From Acidobacteria bacterium RIFCSPLOWO2_12_FULL_68_19 (GTDB lineage: Bacteria; Acidobacteriota; Vicinamibacteria; Vicinamibacterales; UBA2999): a stretch of 64,000 nt of DNA. Position numbers and translations under genes: made by a program. The DNA is taken from the NCBI GenBank assembly GCA_001767525.1, contig MELF01000036.1, positions 136,804-200,803 on the forward strand. Direction: 5' to 3'. This document shows positions 59,737 to 64,000 of this stretch, in pieces. The notes beneath the pieces were generated by a model. It was not told the DNA's origin and ran no database searches. It saw only the letters and a list, made by a program, of their open reading frames with translations. The number at the start of each line of letters is the position of its first letter. The stretch's first letter is position 1.

Positions 59737-61137
59737 ATGAGGACGACGATGGGCGTCGTGGCCGCGCTGTTCGTCGGGCTGGTGGCGTTGGCCATCGTGT
59801 CGGCCCAGACGGGACGACGCCTGGTGTCGCTCGTCGTCAGGGGCGGCATTGTCGTCACGATGGACGGGACTCGTGGCGTGATCGAAGACGGCGCGGTGGC
59901 TGTCGACGGCGCGAACATCGTTGCCGTGGACACCGCGGCCGCGATCGGCCGGCAGTTCCAGGGTGGCGAGACGATTGACGCCTCCGGGCAGGTGGTGCTC
60001 CCGGGCCTGGTCAACACGCACACGCATGCGCCCATGGTGCTCTACCGCGGCCTGGCAGACGACCTGGCCCTGATGGAGTGGCTCACGAAATACATGTTTC
60101 CGGCCGAGGCGAAGACCGTGTCGCCGGATTTCGTGCGCGCCGGCACCCGGCTCGCGGCGCTCGAGATGATTCGGTCCGGCACGACCACGTACGCAGACAT
60201 GTACTACTTCGAGGAAGAGGTCGCCCGCGAAACGAAGACGGCCGGGCTGCGCGGCGTGCTCGGACAGACGATCATCGGCTTTCCGGTGGCCGATGCGAAG
60301 ACACCCGCCGACGCGCTGGTCCGGGCCGAGGCCTTCATCGCGTCGTTCAAGGGCGACGCGCTTATTACCCCGGCCGTGGCGCCGCATGCGATCTACACGC
60401 TCGACGGCTCGACGCTCACGGCGGCGCGTACGCTGGCTCGACGTCACGGCGTGCCGACCCTGATTCATCTGGCCGAAACGCGCGACGAGGTGAAGATCGC
60501 GCAGGAGCGGTTCAACGCCACGCCCGTGACCTATCTCGAGCGCCTCGGCTTCCTCGGCCCCGGCGTGCTGGCGGCCCATGCGATCTGGGTGTCGGATGCG
60601 GAGATTGCGCTGCTCCGGACGCGCGGAGTGGGCGTGTCGCACAACCCGGAGAGCAATATGAAGCTCGCCAGCGGTATGGCGCCGGTGACGGACTATCGCG
60701 CCGTGGACGTGGCGATCGGCCTGGGGACCGACGGCGCCGCGAGCAACAACGACCTCGACATGTTCGAGGCGATGCGAGTGGCGTCGCTGCTGCAGAAGGT
60801 GCGAACCGGCGATCCGCGAGCACTCGGAGCGACGGCGGCGCTCGAGCTGGCGACGATCGGCGGTGCCAGGGCGCTTGGGATGGCGTCGCACATTGGCTCC
60901 CTCGAGCCCGGCAAGTACGCCGACCTCATCATCGTCGGCATGACGGCGGCTCGCCAGACGCCCATGTACGACCCGGTGTCGCACCTGGTCTACACGACCC
61001 GAGGCGACGACGTTCGAACGACAATCGTCAGCGGCCGAGTCCTGATGCGCGATGGCAAGGTGCTGTCGCTCGACGAGGCGGCGGTGCTCGCCGAGGCGCG
61101 CAGGTGGTCGGTGAAGGTGCGGGCGGCGGTGAACTAG
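59737..61137 (+). CDS. Amidohydrolase-superfamily protein (chlorohydrolase / aminodeaminase-like) with N-terminal signal/anchor
   Basis: 'PGLVNTHTHAPM', 'HLAET', 'AHAIW' and 'LGTDGAASNN'. N-terminal 'VVAALFVGLVALAIVSAQ'. Confidence 0.85.
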   Translation: MRTTMGVVAALFVGLVALAIVSAQTGRRLVSLVVRGGIVVTMDGTRGVIEDGAVAVDGANIVAVDTAAAIGRQFQGGETIDASGQVVLPGLVNTHTHAPMVLYRGLADDLALMEWLTKYMFPAEAKTVSPDFVRAGTRLAALEMIRSGTTTYADMYYFEEEVARETKTAGLRGVLGQTIIGFPVADAKTPADALVRAEAFIASFKGDALITPAVAPHAIYTLDGSTLTAARTLARRHGVPTLIHLAETRDEVKIAQERFNATPVTYLERLGFLGPGVLAAHAIWVSDAEIALLRTRGVGVSHNPESNMKLASGMAPVTDYRAVDVAIGLGTDGAASNNDLDMFEAMRVASLLQKVRTGDPRALGATAALELATIGGARALGMASHIGSLEPGKYADLIIVGMTAARQTPMYDPVSHLVYTTRGDDVRTTIVSGRVLMRDGKVLSLDEAAVLAEARRWSVKVRAAVN

Positions 61138-61688
61138 ACTGCTGCCCGGGCAGGCGGCGGACCGTCCAGGACCGCGATGTACGGCAGATTGCGGTACTGC
61201 TCGGCGTAGTCGAGCCCATATCCGACGACGAACCGGTCCTCGATTTCGAAGCCGATATAGTCGAGCCTGACGTCAATCTGCCGGCGCGACGGCTTGCTCA
61301 GCAGGCACGCGGTCCGCAGGTGACGCGGCGACCGCGCGCGCAGGATGTTCTGCATGTAGTTGAGCGTCAGCCCGGTATCGACGATGTCCTCGACGATGAC
61401 CACGTCGCGTCCTTCGAGCGTGCTCTCGAGATCCTTCAGCAGCTGCACCTGCCCGGACGACTTCGTGCTCGTGCCGTAGCTCGACACGGCCATGAAATCG
61501 AGCGAGCAGTGTCCCGGCATCGCCCGCGCGAGATCGGAGAGGAAGACGAACGCGCCTTTCAAGACGGCAATCAGGTGGACGCCGTTCGGATGATCGCGGT
61601 GAATCTCGTCGGCCATCGCGCCGACGCGCTGCTGGATCTGGTCGGAGGAGATGAGGATCTGCATCGGGACATTGAGCGACCGTCGCAC
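61134..61688 (-). CDS. hpt: Hypoxanthine(-guanine) phosphoribosyltransferase
   Basis: 'VVIVEDIVDTGLTL' and 'VGYGLDYAEQYRNLP'. GTG 61688 is favoured by TATGTT 8 nt upstream. The alternative start is ATG 61664. Confidence 0.93.
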   Translation of the reverse strand: MRRSLNVPMQILISSDQIQQRVGAMADEIHRDHPNGVHLIAVLKGAFVFLSDLARAMPGHCSLDFMAVSSYGTSTKSSGQVQLLKDLESTLEGRDVVIVEDIVDTGLTLNYMQNILRARSPRHLRTACLLSKPSRRQIDVRLDYIGFEIEDRFVVGYGLDYAEQYRNLPYIAVLDGPPPARAAV

Positions 61689-61696
61689 GCGAGAGT

Positions 61697-61702
61697 AACA
61701 TA
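61697..61702 (-). promoter_or_regulatory. -10-like TATGTT 8 nt upstream of hpt GTG; the same site reads TAACAT on the plus strand, 13 nt before rpiB
   Basis: The minus strand reads TATGTT-ACTCTCGC-GTG(61688). The plus strand reads TAACAT (61696..61701)-N13-ATG(61715). Confidence 0.3.
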
Positions 61703-61714
61703 GCGTCCCGCTCC

Positions 61715-62359
61715 ATGAAACGGTTCCAGATGATCACCGAGGCCGACGCCCGGATGCTCGAACAGGGCAGCACGGTCGTTCTGGTGGCGGGAGGGCACAT
61801 CACGCCGCTCGCGCGCGATTCGCTGAAGGCCCGGCGGATCACGATCGTGCGCGAGGACGGCGACGTCGATGTCGAATCGCTGGCGCCGGTCGCCGATGTC
61901 CGGGTGGTCGCCCTGGCATCGGACCACACCGGCGTGGCGCTCAGGAACGCGATTCGGCAGCACCTGCGCGGCCGGGGGATCGCCGTGGACGATCTCGGTA
62001 CCGACGGCCACGAGCCGGTCGACTACCCCGACACCGCTGCCGCGGTGGCGGTCCAGGTCGCGCGCCGGGAAGCCGACGCGGGAATCGTGATCGACGGCGC
62101 GGGCCTGGGCTCGGCGATTGCTGCCAACAAGGTCGCGGGTGTCCGCGCGGCGATGTGCCCCACCCGGACGCTGGCGCGCTACGCCCGGGAGCACAACGGC
62201 GCCAACGTCCTGGCGCTCGGCTCGACGCTCATGACGCCGGAGGAGGCGCTCGCGATTGTCGACACCTTCCTGGGCACCGCGATGCGGGAGCCGCGCTACC
62301 TGCGTCGGCTGGCGAAGATCCGGGAGTTGGAGAGGCGCGCGCCCGAGCGCTCGTCCTGA
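61715..62359 (+). CDS. rpiB: RpiB/LacA/LacB-family sugar-phosphate isomerase with roughly 63-aa N-terminal extension
   Basis: Core motifs 'ALASDHTG', '[14 protein letters not shown]' and '[11 protein letters not shown]'. The N-terminal extra domain is '[39 protein letters not shown]'. Confidence 0.85.
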   Translation: MKRFQMITEADARMLEQGSTVVLVAGGHITPLARDSLKARRITIVREDGDVDVESLAPVADVRVVALASDHTGVALRNAIRQHLRGRGIAVDDLGTDGHEPVDYPDTAAAVAVQVARREADAGIVIDGAGLGSAIAANKVAGVRAAMCPTRTLARYAREHNGANVLALGSTLMTPEEALAIVDTFLGTAMREPRYLRRLAKIRELERRAPERSS

Positions 62360-62366
62360 ACCGCCC

Positions 62367-63242
62367 ATGCAGCCGGCTGACATCGAACGCCTCGTTCGCA
62401 TCGTGGTCGAGGAGATGGCGTCCGCGGGTCGCCCGGTGGCGCCAGCCCGGTGCGGCTGCCACGCGGTGCTCTACGAGTGCTGCCCGGATCGTCTCCGGGG
62501 CATCCTCGACGCCGGTGCGACGCGTTTGGGGCTGCACGCATCGGGAGGATCGGCGGGGAGCGTGGCGGCGATGATCGACCACACCCTGCTCAAGCCCGAC
62601 GCCGCGCGGCAGGACATCGAAACGCTCTGCCGCGAGGCGGCGCAGTACGAGTTCGCCAGCGTCTGCGTGAACCCGACATGGGTGGCGCTCTGCGCGCGGC
62701 TCCTCGAGGGCTGCCGCGTGAAGGTGTGCTCGGTCGTCGGCTTCCCGCTGGGCGCGACGACGGCCGATACGAAGCAGTATGAGACGCGGCGGGCGATCTT
62801 CGACGGCGCCTGCGAGATCGACATGGTCATCAATATCGGTGCACTGAAATCAGGTGACCTTCGGCTGGTCGAACGCGACATCGAGGCGATCACCGCCCCG
62901 TGCCGGGACGTGGGCGCGCTGAGCAAGGTGATCATCGAGGCGGCGCTCCTGACCGACGAGGAGAAGATCACGGCGTGCACGCTGGCGAAGGCGGCGGGCG
63001 CCGATTTCGTGAAGACCTCGACCGGCTTCGGACCGGGCGGCGCCACGGCCCACGACGTGGCGCTGATGCGCCGCGTCGTCGGCGACGAGATGGGTGTGAA
63101 GGCGGCCGGAGGCGTGCGGGACCTGGAGGCGCTCAAAGCGATGGTGGCCGCGGGCGCCACGCGGATCGGCGCGAGCGCCGGCGTGCGGATCGTTCAGGAG
63201 TCGCGGGGGCAGCAGGCCGCCGGGACGGCGACAAGCCCTTGA
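62367..63242 (+). CDS. deoC: Deoxyribose-phosphate aldolase with roughly 65-aa N-terminal extension
   Basis: Core motifs '[10 protein letters not shown]', 'VCVNP', 'VVGFPLG' and 'FVKTSTGF' (Schiff-base Lys). N-terminal amphipathic '[16 protein letters not shown]' is followed by '[11 protein letters not shown]'. Start at M38 of the track ORF. Confidence 0.88.
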   Translation: MQPADIERLVRIVVEEMASAGRPVAPARCGCHAVLYECCPDRLRGILDAGATRLGLHASGGSAGSVAAMIDHTLLKPDAARQDIETLCREAAQYEFASVCVNPTWVALCARLLEGCRVKVCSVVGFPLGATTADTKQYETRRAIFDGACEIDMVINIGALKSGDLRLVERDIEAITAPCRDVGALSKVIIEAALLTDEEKITACTLAKAAGADFVKTSTGFGPGGATAHDVALMRRVVGDEMGVKAAGGVRDLEALKAMVAAGATRIGASAGVRIVQESRGQQAAGTATSP

Positions 63243-63922
63243 GGGCGCTGGCGCTTCTCGTGGTGGCGGCGCTGGCGCCGGCCCTTGCGGCGGCGCAAAC
63301 GCCCGGTCGCCCGGGCCCGTTCGCCGTGGACGTGCGCGCCGCGACCGGTGCGCTGCCGCAGGACCCCAGCTTCTTTCCGCCGGTGCCCACGGCGACGCCG
63401 ATCCCGACCATGAGCGTCGGGTTCGACGTTGGGGCGCACGTCTATCTGTTTGGTGTCGGGCCGGCGCGGATCGGACTCGGCGCAAGCCTGCTCAGGGCCG
63501 GCGGCAGTGCATCGCCTCCGAAACCAACAGCCGCCGCGAGCACGACGCCACCGCCGCGCCAGACGCTGCCCGACGTGGATACCCGCGTCCAGATGTTCAC
63601 GCCGCAGCTCTCGCTCAACTTCGGGTCCTCCCGCGGCTGGAGCTACCTCAGCGCGGGCGTCGGGCAGATCTCGGTCCAGACGACGACATCGGCCTTTGCC
63701 GCCGGCGCCAGCAGCACGGCGGCCACGACGCCGGCCCGCACGCGCGAGACGGCGGCCCTGCAGACGACCAACTTCGGCGGCGGCGCCAGATGGTTCACCA
63801 CCGACCACGTGGCGTTCTCCTTCGACGTGCGGTTTCACAAGGTGAGAGGACGAACCAAGGAGGGGATCTCGACGGTCCCGGTGATGCTCGTCACCGCCTC
63901 GGCGGGTATTTCGCTGAAGTGA
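63239..63922 (+). CDS. Outer-membrane beta-barrel-like protein
   Basis: Signal peptide '[17 protein letters not shown]', alternating beta-strand pattern and a C-terminal aromatic-rich end. The TTG start overlaps the deoC stop. Corresponds to the C-terminal part of track ORF 62900..63922. Confidence 0.6.
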   Translation: MRALALLVVAALAPALAAAQTPGRPGPFAVDVRAATGALPQDPSFFPPVPTATPIPTMSVGFDVGAHVYLFGVGPARIGLGASLLRAGGSASPPKPTAAASTTPPPRQTLPDVDTRVQMFTPQLSLNFGSSRGWSYLSAGVGQISVQTTTSAFAAGASSTAATTPARTRETAALQTTNFGGGARWFTTDHVAFSFDVRFHKVRGRTKEGISTVPVMLVTASAGISLK

Positions 63923-64000
63923 CGCAGGGGAGGGGGGGCGTGTCGAGCCATAAGTAAGTGTTACCGAGCGGCGCATCGTCGCGCCATTAATGGTGTTACC

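Noticed and set aside
61715-63922. Calling this region a bacterial microcompartment locus.
   Set aside because: No shell-protein (BMC-H/BMC-P) genes, aldehyde dehydrogenase or phosphotransacylase lie in or next to the pair. Only the cargo-like N-terminal extensions are present, so it is kept as a hypothesis in the findings.
63923-64000. AT-richer tail of the window with the direct repeat GTGTTACC (63958..63965 and 63993..64000) and a weak hairpin between the copies.
   Set aside because: The window ends here, so too little sequence is available to tell whether this is a promoter, a repeat element end or the start of an RNA gene.

Overview
Very GC-rich (about 68-70% by eye, with third codon positions almost all G/C), densely coding bacterial chromosomal segment holding about 60 CDS and one tRNA. 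Most genes are housekeeping. The TIGR03436-like VWA protein, the membrane Ser/Thr kinase with a TolB-N-like plus TPR ectodomain, and the ECF sigma/kinase pairing suggest an Acidobacteriota-like host; this is inference only.

Gene blocks, left to right:
- Two convergent APC permeases.
- folD-coaE.
- A minus-strand Kdo/LPS operon, kdsB-pyrG-kdsA-kdsD-lapB.
- A PilP/GspC-like gene convergent with serA.
- mdh.
- An ECF sigma / Ser-Thr kinase signalling cluster (13.8-19.7 kb).
- sucCD-ndk-DUF2905-dcd-gammaCA.
- A long translationally coupled run: hisS-aspS-phoH-ybeY-CNNM/CorC-era-mgtE-recO-glyQS-ppdK-corA-mutL.
- A small lower-GC3 island (two coiled-coil/basic proteins plus a membrane-anchored trypsin-like protease).
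- rarA, a TrmH-family methyltransferase, greA, a degenerate patatin-like protein, a Cys/Met PLP enzyme, a CBS protein, a DHH phosphoesterase, a VWA protein and uvrB.
- mlaEFD plus two small envelope proteins.
- tRNA-Val(CAC), an esterase, upp, a signal-peptide amidohydrolase and hpt.
- rpiB-deoC, both with unusual N-terminal extensions, and an outer-membrane beta-barrel protein.

No CRISPR array, rRNA, prophage or autonomous IS element was seen.

Most noteworthy non-standard signals:
1. A 274-bp MITE-like element with perfect 25-bp terminal inverted repeats and a CTAG duplication, inserted exactly where two convergent genes overlapped.
2. A dispersed family of 8-nt tandem arrays (CGCACCRT), plus separate 7-nt tandem arrays, sitting in promoter regions.
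3. A recurrent '-10 hexamer, 5-9 nt, start codon' geometry that implies many leaderless mRNAs.
4. An ECF sigma plus kinase-only STK plus giant sensor STK cluster with two unknown small proteins.
5. A sharply lower-GC mosaic patch inside hisS.
6. RpiB and DeoC with N-terminal extensions that resemble encapsulation peptides.

I could not identify a clear-cut novel multi-gene system. All functional calls come from motif recognition in the supplied translations, not from database searches.
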